Positions 28,168-35,812 of a DNA stretch of 37,781 nucleotides are shown piece after piece. The notes under the pieces are model-generated. The model was not told the origin of the DNA, ran no database searches, and saw only the letters and a list, made by a program, of their open reading frames with translations. The DNA is from a virus (taxonomy: Duplodnaviria > Caudoviricetes). The translations under genes were made by a program, and so were the position numbers. Within the stretch, counting starts at the first letter, position 1; every line of letters starts with the position of its first letter. The stretch is taken from IMG/VR virus record IMGVR_UViG_3300025528_000017, positions 1-37,781 of that record, one strand, 5' to 3'.

Positions 28168-29259
28168 ATGCCTATCTCACCTGTAGTTTCCCACCCGATG
28201 ACCGGTTGGTGGCCAGACGTACCCACGCTCTCCGCGGTGCGGCCGCGGGGATGGTTCACCGAGCTTGAAACACCCACCGAGCCCACACCCGACATCGGCT
28301 GGTGGGCCATCCACTCCACCACCGCCACCGACACCGGCGTCGGTGAAGACCTCGCCGCGCTGTTGGCCCGAGCTGCCGGCATCGATAGCGGCGTCGGTGA
28401 AGACCAGGCTGCGTTGCAGCTGCTAACCGAGCAGCTGGCCGCCGACATCGGTATCGGCATGGACACCGGGCTACTGCTGCCCTACCTCACCACCACCGAC
28501 ACCGGCGTCGGCCAAGACCTACTGGCAGGCCCCGTCGGGATCGGCCGCCTGCCCGACCTCGGCATCGGCCAAGACCTCGCAGCCCTACAGCTGAGGGCGC
28601 AGGTCGGCACCGACCTCGGCATCGGCCAAGACCTCGAGCAACAGCTACGAGCACGACTCCCATCCCGACCCACCGCAGGCGTCGGCGCGGACACAGGCAC
28701 GATCGGATTCACCCCGCAGGCCGCGGTGCTGCACACCATCACCACGTCCGGCACCATCATCCACCTGCAAATCCCCGCATGGTGCCGCTGGATCGACGGC
28801 ATCGGGCTAGGCGCGGGAGGCGGCGGCGCACCCGGCAACCAACTCGGCGGGTCCGGAGCCGGCGCAGACGCCGGGCAATACGCCTCGCGGCGGTGGGACC
28901 GAGGTGTCAACCGCAACAACTGGCGCAGAGTTGCAATCCGCGCCGGAAACGGCGGCGCGCAAAACGGAGGCAACGGACAACCCACCGAAATCTGGATCGA
29001 AGACTGGAACGGGCAAGTCGATCACCTCGTCGCACCCGGCGGCGCTGGCAAAACCCATCAGGTCGCGCTCCCCTCCGACCGCGAAGGCAAAGCACCTGGA
29101 AACCACAGCTTCCAAGGCATCACCGCCACCGGCGGCACCGGCAACTCCACCCCTCCCGGCTCCGGCGGCCGCGGCGGCGGAGGCACTTTCTGGCCACTCA
29201 ACCCCGGCTCCGGCGATGCAGGCGCGAGAGGACAAGCATGGATCCGCTTCTCGATGTAG
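28168..29259 (+). CDS. Minor tail protein with DxGxGxD repeats and glycine-rich C-terminal domain
   Basis: About 7 repeats, then IPAWCRWID..LGAGGGG glycine-rich domain typical of mycobacteriophage minor tails. Confidence 0.85.
   Translation: MPISPVVSHPMTGWWPDVPTLSAVRPRGWFTELETPTEPTPDIGWWAIHSTTATDTGVGEDLAALLARAAGIDSGVGEDQAALQLLTEQLAADIGIGMDTGLLLPYLTTTDTGVGQDLLAGPVGIGRLPDLGIGQDLAALQLRAQVGTDLGIGQDLEQQLRARLPSRPTAGVGADTGTIGFTPQAAVLHTITTSGTIIHLQIPAWCRWIDGIGLGAGGGGAPGNQLGGSGAGADAGQYASRRWDRGVNRNNWRRVAIRAGNGGAQNGGNGQPTEIWIEDWNGQVDHLVAPGGAGKTHQVALPSDREGKAPGNHSFQGITATGGTGNSTPPGSGGRGGGGTFWPLNPGSGDAGARGQAWIRFSM
28318..28700 (+). repeat. Coding tandem repeats (about 18-21 aa period)
   Basis: DTGVGED, DSGVGED, DIGIGMD, DTGVGQD, DLGIGQD twice, TAGVGAD; ccgacctcggcatcggccaagacctcg occurs twice exactly. 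Confidence 0.85.
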
Positions 29260-29480
29260 AACCACCACCCGACGGACAAGGATGGTGGCCCGACCGGTTC
29301 CTCGTCCACAACGGATGGACCGACACCCTCGACACCACTTGGCGTGCCGTCCCCAACTATCCGACCATGCAAGCCCGCCGCGACGGCAACACTCTGCAAC
29401 TACGCACCGACGGGCCCGCGCACAGCTATCAGCTCACCCCCACCGACGAAACTACGGCCGACCTCGCCGAAAGGGATTGA
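29238..29480 (+). CDS. Small tail-region protein (80 aa)
   Basis: GAGAGGA RBS before ATG 29238; the 3' part of track ORF 28779..29480. Confidence 0.65.
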   Translation: MDPLLDVEPPPDGQGWWPDRFLVHNGWTDTLDTTWRAVPNYPTMQARRDGNTLQLRTDGPAHSYQLTPTDETTADLAERD

Positions 29481-29483
29481 TCC

Positions 29484-29846
29484 ATGACCGTCTACCAGCC
29501 AGCTCACCGCCGCGCCTGCGCCGAAGCAATCACCGCACTCGGCAACCGAATCGGGTTGTACGCCGGATCTACCCGGGTCGGCACCGTCTACGCGGACACC
29601 ACCTGGGGTGCGGCCACCGACATCACCGAAGGCGGCGTCGACAAAGCCCAGGTCACCGGGTCAACCGTCACAATCACCATCCCCGGCGGCACCGTCGCCA
29701 ACGGAACCGTGATCGACGGCTATGGGATTTTCAGCGGCTCAACTCTTTTGCGCCGCAACACCCTGCCAGTGTCGCTGACGATCAACGATGGGTCGCAGCA
29801 GGTTCAGGTCGACGTCACACCGGTGTTCACGTACCGCGGCGAATGA
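29484..29846 (+). CDS. Small tail-associated beta-rich protein (120 aa)
   Basis: Good RBS, Thr/Gly/Val-rich, within the tail module. Confidence 0.8.
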   Translation: MTVYQPAHRRACAEAITALGNRIGLYAGSTRVGTVYADTTWGAATDITEGGVDKAQVTGSTVTITIPGGTVANGTVIDGYGIFSGSTLLRRNTLPVSLTINDGSQQVQVDVTPVFTYRGE

Positions 29847-29920
29847 TCGACCGCATCGAACGAGCGGATCGACCAGCTCCTGAGCCGAATCTGGCAGCGA
29901 ATTCCGATCCGGGGCACTGG

Positions 29921-29939
29921 CACCCCAGGTCCGTAACCT
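29921..29939 (+). promoter_or_regulatory. CACCC-N8-TANNNT promoter motif, leaderless
   Basis: CACCC caggtccg TAACCT, 7 nt to GTG 29947. Confidence 0.75.
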
Positions 29940-29946
29940 ACGGGTC

Positions 29947-30588
29947 GTGGCCTATCTGGAGTACACAGAGCCGAACGTCTGCATCGATGAGAACCTCACG
30001 ACAGACGACGCCGGCCAGCTCCGCCTGCAGCCGTGGGCTGTTCCCCGTCTGGTCGCCGACGTCCGGGCGAATTCTGGCGGCGACGGCCGGGTGTACCCGG
30101 CCACGACCTTGCCCGGGAAACTGCTGATCGATGGCCGCGTCGCTTGGCGTAATGACACCCCAATCGACCAGCGCATCCTCATTCGGATCACCCGCGGACC
30201 ACGATCCTGGATCACGTCGAATCCGAACGCGATCCAGTTCCGGGATCGCTGGACGTTCGCGGTCGACGCCGAACCAGCCGAGCCAATCACCACCGGCATC
30301 TACAACGGCCACACCGGATCCGCGATCGACTTCGGCACGAACAGCGTGGCCGAACCCCAGCCCGGGGTTGAGTGGATGTGGACCGACACCAACAGCTCCG
30401 ACGAATGGGTGCCGTATCCGATCGAGCCCGGCCAGCACTTCCGGCTGCGGTACCGCTGCTATGTGTGGACGCCGCCGCCCTGGTCTGACAACGCGAACAA
30501 GAATCAGCCGCGCCACGAGGCGCACGCCCGCTGGGCGCGACTGCAGCTGATCGCGTTCGGGCAGCAAGGAAACGTGGTGACCGGATGA
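29947..30588 (+). CDS. Minor tail protein, paralog 1 of 3
   Basis: Shares W.NDTP..Q, TRGPR and PGQHF..R patterns with the two downstream paralogs. Confidence 0.8.
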   Translation: MAYLEYTEPNVCIDENLTTDDAGQLRLQPWAVPRLVADVRANSGGDGRVYPATTLPGKLLIDGRVAWRNDTPIDQRILIRITRGPRSWITSNPNAIQFRDRWTFAVDAEPAEPITTGIYNGHTGSAIDFGTNSVAEPQPGVEWMWTDTNSSDEWVPYPIEPGQHFRLRYRCYVWTPPPWSDNANKNQPRHEAHARWARLQLIAFGQQGNVVTG

Positions 30589-30692
30589 TGTTCTGTAAGC
30601 GGTGCGGCGCCAGAATCGCTGAGCCGGTGCCCGGCGAGTACCGGCACGTCCTGCCGACGCTCGACGACAACCACCAGGCGGTGCCGCAATGA
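30585..30692 (+). CDS. 35-aa CxxC micro-protein (not in ORF track)
   Basis: MMFCKRCGARIAEPVPGEYRHVLPTLDDNHQAVPQ; ATGA overlaps at both ends. Confidence 0.65.
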   Translation: MMFCKRCGARIAEPVPGEYRHVLPTLDDNHQAVPQ

Positions 30693-31288
30693 CCGTCAAA
30701 CCCTGCACCGCCGAATACATGCTGTCGACAGTCGACGGCATGGGTATGCGTCGCAACTGGTTCCCCCGCGTCGTCGCCGAACGGTTCCTCGGCTCCACCA
30801 AAGACGGCCCAATCAGCCGCGCCCCCGATCCGGTCACGATGATCGACGGCGACGTCACCTGGCACAACAATTCCCGCGATCCGCAGATGGTGGCGGTCCA
30901 GGTCAACCGCGCACCCCGCACCATCGTGGCGCAAAACCCGTCCACCGTGGTCATCCACGACGCCTGGTCATTCGCCACCGGCGTGTCCCCCGTGGCCGAC
31001 TACCCGAGCATCGTCCAAGACGCTTTCGGAGGCCGCGCCCAGGTCGACCGACCCGAAACCCGCGGCGAGGACCTGCGGTTCGGACGCCTGTTCATCGACG
31101 GCGACAGCTCGCAATCATGGGTGCCGATCGGTGAACTGGCGCCACAACGCTCCCTGCACTTCCGGTATCTGTGCGCGGTGCAGACCCCCGGCACGTGGAC
31201 TGCGCCCACCGAGTACGAACCGCGCTACGAGGCGCACGCCCGCTGGGCGCGACTGCTGGTGTTCGCCGGACCGATCGGAGCGTCGTGA
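30689..31288 (+). CDS. Minor tail protein, paralog 2 of 3
   Basis: Aligns by eye with 29947..30588 (IDG.V.W.N, R.PR, NP, EAHARWARL). Confidence 0.8.
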   Translation: MTVKPCTAEYMLSTVDGMGMRRNWFPRVVAERFLGSTKDGPISRAPDPVTMIDGDVTWHNNSRDPQMVAVQVNRAPRTIVAQNPSTVVIHDAWSFATGVSPVADYPSIVQDAFGGRAQVDRPETRGEDLRFGRLFIDGDSSQSWVPIGELAPQRSLHFRYLCAVQTPGTWTAPTEYEPRYEAHARWARLLVFAGPIGAS

Positions 31289-32580
31289 GCAACGAGCACT
31301 TCCAGATCATCGATGAGACGATCTCGCCGCAGCCGTGGACGCAATACCGACTGCTGGCCTCCCGCACCACAGCGTCGGTGTCCCGCTCCTACGACACCTC
31401 GGGTGGCGGCAACAAGAACGACCCCGTCCACACAGTCTCGCTGGCGTGGACGAACGACACACCGGTGCCGCAGTACGTGTACGGCATGGTCACCCGCGGC
31501 GGCGCCCAGGTGGCGCTGCAGGCCCGTTCACGCGGCTACCTCGCCATGAGCCACGGCATCGAGATCACACCCACACCCGACCCGCCGGGGTCGTTCGACA
31601 TGATCGAGGTGTCACGGTTCGGCGGCGGCATGGACGTTGGCCGCGGCGGTCTGCTCGCGATCGGCACCGGATTCGGAGTGCACGAGGTCCGCGCCAACAG
31701 CGCGTCCGCACCTCTGTTGCCGCAGCGCACCGGATGGGCAGCCGTCGCGCCAGGGGAGACGTTCCACGCCCGCGTCGATCTGCGGTTCATCTCCGAGTTC
31801 TGGGAGAACAGCATGATCGACGGCGGCGACCAGAACACCGTCAGCCAGTTCATCTCCGGCGACACCCGACTCGACCTCTACGGGATCCCCGCGGTCATCC
31901 CGCCGTCGCCGCGGCCGACCCCGACGATCGTCGGGGTGGAGCACGGCGTCAACAACACCTTCCCAGCCGATGTTGACGTGCCCGCCGGCACCCAAGAGGG
32001 TGACATCATCCTGGCGATCGTCGCCAACAACATCGGCCTGGCCTCCGACATCACCCCGCAGGAACCGGGCTGGACCCAGGTGCACGTCCGCAACGACGGA
32101 CTGGCCGGCATCGGGGATGTGCACATGAAGGTCTACATGCGCACCGCCACCGATGACGAGCCGGCGTCGTACCGGTTCACCACCGGCATCCTCGCCGAAG
32201 TTATCGCCCACCTCGTCGTGATCCGTGACGCCAGCCCGTTCCTCACCGACGGCTGGCAATTCGCGTCCAGCTTGCGCAGGTTCTTCTGGGAACGCGCCGA
32301 AGGGCACATCTGCCCCTCTATCGACCGTGCCGGCCAACTGCTGCTCTGCGCCTCCTACTTCGCGCACTCCCCGCTGCAGGCTCCGATTAACCAGGAGCCG
32401 CCAGACGGCATGACTGAGCTGTCCGATGTAGACGCTAACGGCAGTTCCTGCGCGGTCGCTGCGATGCCCAATCCGCCGCGGCCCACCGGAGAGCGCATGT
32501 TCGTGCCGACGAAAACCCCGCAGTGGTCGGGACGCTCGATCGCGCTGACCATCTTGGTGCCGGGCGCGCCGACACTGTAA
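31285..32580 (+). CDS. Minor tail protein, paralog 3 of 3, with C-terminal extension
   Basis: GTGA overlap; WTNDTPVPQ...TRGG N-terminal domain plus VPAGTQEGDIILAIV...PGWT beta domain. Confidence 0.8.
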   Translation: MSNEHFQIIDETISPQPWTQYRLLASRTTASVSRSYDTSGGGNKNDPVHTVSLAWTNDTPVPQYVYGMVTRGGAQVALQARSRGYLAMSHGIEITPTPDPPGSFDMIEVSRFGGGMDVGRGGLLAIGTGFGVHEVRANSASAPLLPQRTGWAAVAPGETFHARVDLRFISEFWENSMIDGGDQNTVSQFISGDTRLDLYGIPAVIPPSPRPTPTIVGVEHGVNNTFPADVDVPAGTQEGDIILAIVANNIGLASDITPQEPGWTQVHVRNDGLAGIGDVHMKVYMRTATDDEPASYRFTTGILAEVIAHLVVIRDASPFLTDGWQFASSLRRFFWERAEGHICPSIDRAGQLLLCASYFAHSPLQAPINQEPPDGMTELSDVDANGSSCAVAAMPNPPRPTGERMFVPTKTPQWSGRSIALTILVPGAPTL

Positions 32581-32613
32581 TCGGAGTGGATCTGAAAGGG
32601 AGAATCGCCTCGG

Positions 32614-32970
32614 ATGTATGAACCGCCACCCGGTTTCGATGACATGCTCGGCGACGCTGAGCTCGTCCCCATGGAAGGCCCGTTCCGGCCACTCGAGGTG
32701 CCAGGGGTCGGCAGTGTGCTGGCACGCAGACCGATGCCGCGATCCACTGCGGCGCTGGCCATGAGCGCGAACGCGAAAATCGATGCCACCGCCCGCCAGG
32801 ATTACCTCACCCTCTTCGTGCGCAACCATCTGGCTGACGGCGAATACGAGCGGCTGACGGTTGCGATGATCAACGGCGAAGCGCCGCCGGACACCCTCGG
32901 CAGGGTCGCGCGATCTATCTCCACTTGGGGCACGGCGCGCCCTACGTCGCCGTCATCAGCCTCGCGTTGA
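32614..32970 (+). CDS. Second tail assembly chaperone (G-like paralog)
   Basis: Collinear similarity to 16258..16755 (RxPxP..AAL, LF..HL...Y.R, P.T.G); ends GTARPT-SPSSASR. Confidence 0.7.
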   Translation: MYEPPPGFDDMLGDAELVPMEGPFRPLEVPGVGSVLARRPMPRSTAALAMSANAKIDATARQDYLTLFVRNHLADGEYERLTVAMINGEAPPDTLGRVARSISTWGTARPTSPSSASR

Positions 32971-33290
32971 TGGCGGCTCACCACTGGAGAACGCTGCGGC
33001 AACGGATCCGGTCGAACGGCATCGCTGACCCGATGTCGCTGTCGTCGATGCACGCGGTTATCGACGAGATGGAGGCGCTCGCGCTGGAGGCCGCCGGGTC
33101 GTCCTTCGATGATCCGGACCGGGCACGCCGCGAACGACAAGAGCTGCTCGACAAGCTGTACGCGCCCGCCCCGGAGGGCGCCGAAGACCTCAACGGCGAG
33201 CAGTATCAGCCGCCTCCGTCCGGGTTCGAGGACCCCGCCGAGGTAGAGGCCAGTTTCGATGCGTTCTCCCGGGCGCTGGGTGCACGCTGA
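32940..33290 (+). CDS. T-like chaperone extension, probably reached by -1 frameshift (alternative ATG 32969)
   Basis: The -1 frame is open across the end of the G gene (PYVAVISLALMAAHHWR..GIADP); acidic helical protein; no clear RBS. Confidence 0.6.
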   Translation, partial: PYVAVISLALMAAHHWRTLRQRIRSNGIADPMSLSSMHAVIDEMEALALEAAGSSFDDPDRARRERQELLDKLYAPAPEGAEDLNGEQYQPPPSGFEDPAEVEASFDAFSRALGAR

Positions 33291-33301
33291 GCCCATAACC
33301 T
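33283..33301 (+). promoter_or_regulatory. CAC-N10-TANNNT promoter motif, leaderless
   Basis: CACGC tgagccca TAACCT, 7 nt to ATG 33309. Confidence 0.7.
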
Positions 33302-33308
33302 GCCGGGC

Positions 33309-33725
33309 ATGTCGAAGATCCTGGTGCCTAACCTCGACATGGACAAACCGCCCGGGCAGCGGTTCGCGCCGCAGGTGCGGGAGGAGATCGCTGAGGTCGC
33401 ACCGTCGACGGTCAACGACGGCGAGATCACCACCAACAAGCTCGACGATCGGGCGGTCACCAACCCAAAGATCGCGCTCGGCGCAGTCCAATCCGAGAAT
33501 ATCGGCGCCAAACAGGTCAAGACCGCCAACATCGATGATCAGGCGGTGGGCACCGACCAGCTTGACGATGAGGCGGTCACCCCCGATAAGGCCGGGCCGG
33601 GCGTGATGACAGTGTTCGACTCGTCGGGCAACCCGATCCAGGCCGCCACCATTGTGGTGACCGACCAGGAATGGTCATCGCTTACACCCGCTCCGAACAC
33701 GTTCTACGAGGTCTTGGACACCTGA
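33309..33725 (+). CDS. Short tail fibre-like protein with 10-aa repeats
   Basis: Six repeats (DGEITTNKLD, DRAVTNPKIA, LGAVQSENIG and others); C-terminal EWSSL.PAPNTFY motif. Confidence 0.75.
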   Translation: MSKILVPNLDMDKPPGQRFAPQVREEIAEVAPSTVNDGEITTNKLDDRAVTNPKIALGAVQSENIGAKQVKTANIDDQAVGTDQLDDEAVTPDKAGPGVMTVFDSSGNPIQAATIVVTDQEWSSLTPAPNTFYEVLDT

Positions 33726-33726
33726 C

Positions 33727-34434
33727 GTGGCCAGACGCTACTTCGGTGACCAGCCGGTGGCCCGCCGATACTTCGGCAGCATCCCGATCAAGGCGCGCTA
33801 CTTCGGAGACCAACTCGTCTGGTCCTCCGCCCGGATCGGTGACCACTTCAACCGCCCCGACGCGCCGACCCTCGGACCCGACTGGACCGACCACGGCCCA
33901 TCAGCCACATACAAGGCCGGCGTGGTCAACGGCATGTGTCGCCTCGCCGTGCCGGACGGGTTGCTTGCGCTCGCGCTGATCACCTCCCGGCAGCGCTACA
34001 ACGCCGCGATCCTCGACAAGGACGACGGCTACATCGAGTTCCGCATCGGCTCCCAGGGCTCGGGACCCTCGATCACCGGCGACCTGTGCCGCACGACGGT
34101 GTTCGCCCGTGTCTCCAACAACGGATTCACTCACGGTGTCGGCATCGGTCTGGACTCGTCCACGATTCGGATCGTGCGCCGCGTCAACAACACCGAAACC
34201 GTGACAGAGAACTGCGGCGCCTTCTCGGCAGGCGACATCATCCGCTACGACTTCCGGGGCGATCTGCACACCGTGCGCCGCAACGGCAAGTTCGCCGGCG
34301 AATGGGAAGACACCGGCCAAACCGCGGCCCGCGGACCCGATTACCGCTCCCTCGGGCTGGCCGTGATGGCCAGCAAGGACCTCCTGGGGCCGCGCCGGTT
34401 CGGCCCGGCGATCGACTACATCGACATGGTCTGA
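33727..34434 (+). CDS. Minor tail / fibre-tip protein
   Basis: Three N-terminal RYFG repeats; C-terminal domain resembles the C-terminus of 25349..28162. Confidence 0.8.
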   Translation: MARRYFGDQPVARRYFGSIPIKARYFGDQLVWSSARIGDHFNRPDAPTLGPDWTDHGPSATYKAGVVNGMCRLAVPDGLLALALITSRQRYNAAILDKDDGYIEFRIGSQGSGPSITGDLCRTTVFARVSNNGFTHGVGIGLDSSTIRIVRRVNNTETVTENCGAFSAGDIIRYDFRGDLHTVRRNGKFAGEWEDTGQTAARGPDYRSLGLAVMASKDLLGPRRFGPAIDYIDMV

Positions 34435-34444
34435 CCGCGCACTT

Positions 34445-34463
34445 CACCCCTCGTTCGTAGCGT
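34445..34463 (+). promoter_or_regulatory. CACCC-N8-TANNNT promoter motif, leadered, lysis cassette
   Basis: CACCC ctcgttcg TAGCGT; GGGAGG RBS downstream. Confidence 0.75.
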
Positions 34464-34495
34464 CAGCCGCGAAACCCGGCAGGGAGGGGGTTCGC

Positions 34496-34621
34496 ATGAT
34501 GCGACGACTGCTGCTGATCATCTGCGGCGCCATCATCTGCGCGCCCGTTCTTGTCGCTGCGATTCTCGTCCTCGCCGTCGAGTTCGCCGACGGCGGCCAA
34601 GGATTCGGCACCGACATATGA
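34496..34621 (+). CDS. 41-aa single-TM membrane protein (not in ORF track)
   Basis: GGGAGG RBS; MMRRLLLIICGAIICAPVLVAAILVLAVEFADGGQGFGTDI; first gene of the lysis unit. Confidence 0.7.
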   Translation: MMRRLLLIICGAIICAPVLVAAILVLAVEFADGGQGFGTDI

Positions 34622-34636
34622 AGTGGAGGCACTGAA

Positions 34637-35812
34637 TTGAGCCTCGGCCTCACCAACACCAGCACGTTCGACCAGGTCGCTCGAGCGATCGTCGTGGAGA
34701 CCCGCCGCCGCGGCTACGGCCGAGACGAGTCGATCGCCGTGCTCTCGACGGCTATCCAGGAGTCCGGGCTGCGCATGGTGTGGCACTCGAATGGCCGCTG
34801 GCACGGATACTTCCAGCAGGACTCCAGCTATCCGGACCGGCTCGACCCCAACCGCAACATCCTCGAGTTCCTCGACCGCCTCGACCAGAAACGCTCCAGC
34901 GCCGGCGCATCCCCGGACATCTGGCTCAACATCTTCTGGCTGCAGCAGCGGCCCTCCGACCCGTCCGCGCAGACCGCCTACGACCGCGGCCGCAAAGCCT
35001 ACCTCGACGAGATCAAACGCCACGTCGACCAGGCCGCCCGACTCTACGACCACCACACAGGAGACACCATGCGACCCGATTTCAACGAGTTCCCGATCTG
35101 GTCGAAGAACTTCTCATCGCGGTCCGGCAAGAAGCCAACCATGTTCCTGATCCACACCCAGGAGGGGGGCGGCGGGGACGCCGCCGCAGAGAACCTGGCG
35201 AAGTGGTTCCAGACCGCCAACCAGGTCAGCTACCACTACACGATCAGCCAGGCCAGCGACGGCGGCGTCACGGTGGTGGACTGCGTCGACACCGACTTCA
35301 GCTCATGGTCGGTCGGCAACGCCAACGGCATCAGCATCAACCTGTGCTTCGCCGGCTCCCGCGCCGCGTGGACCCGCGACCAATGGCTCAAGCAACGCAA
35401 CGCGATTGACGTCGCCGCATACCTCGCCGTCCAGGACGCGAAGAAGTACGGCTTCTCGACGCTGGTGGTGCCGCCGCCGTATACGAACGGCACCCCGGGT
35501 ATCTCAGATCACCGTTGGGTCACCGACGTTTTCGGTTGGGGCACCCACACCGACGTCGGCCCCAACTTCCCCTGGGACGTGTTCACGGCCGCGGTAACCA
35601 GGTACGCCAGCGGCCCCGCCCCGGCGAAGCGGTTCCCGCAGGACTGGTCCGACCGCGAGCTGCTGGAGTACATCGCCGCCCAACTCGGCCCCGAGCACAG
35701 CGCGTGGCCCGAGAAGTGGGCGGACCAGAGCGTCGACGGCAAGCCCCTGACGCTCCGTGACGGGATGATTCGCGCACTGAAGCGGATCGAGCGGTTGATC
35801 GAGGCCCGCTGA
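34637..35812 (+). CDS. lysA: Lysin A (Ms6-like; N-terminal domain plus amidase-2 domain)
   Basis: GGAGG RBS and TTG start; QES and GYFQQ N-terminal motifs; amidase motifs FLIHTQEG, VSYHY, SINLCFAG, DH and HTDVGPNFPW. Confidence 0.93.
   Translation: MSLGLTNTSTFDQVARAIVVETRRRGYGRDESIAVLSTAIQESGLRMVWHSNGRWHGYFQQDSSYPDRLDPNRNILEFLDRLDQKRSSAGASPDIWLNIFWLQQRPSDPSAQTAYDRGRKAYLDEIKRHVDQAARLYDHHTGDTMRPDFNEFPIWSKNFSSRSGKKPTMFLIHTQEGGGGDAAAENLAKWFQTANQVSYHYTISQASDGGVTVVDCVDTDFSSWSVGNANGISINLCFAGSRAAWTRDQWLKQRNAIDVAAYLAVQDAKKYGFSTLVVPPPYTNGTPGISDHRWVTDVFGWGTHTDVGPNFPWDVFTAAVTRYASGPAPAKRFPQDWSDRELLEYIAAQLGPEHSAWPEKWADQSVDGKPLTLRDGMIRALKRIERLIEAR

Noticed and set aside
28318-28700. Repeats as a CRISPR array or diversity-generating retroelement
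   Set aside because: They are in-frame degenerate protein repeats; no cas or reverse transcriptase gene and no adenine-specific variation pattern.
29843-30127. ATGA-coupled ORF after the 120-aa tail gene
   Set aside because: It would run through a promoter motif and overlap 29947..30588 by about 180 nt, with no protein-like features.
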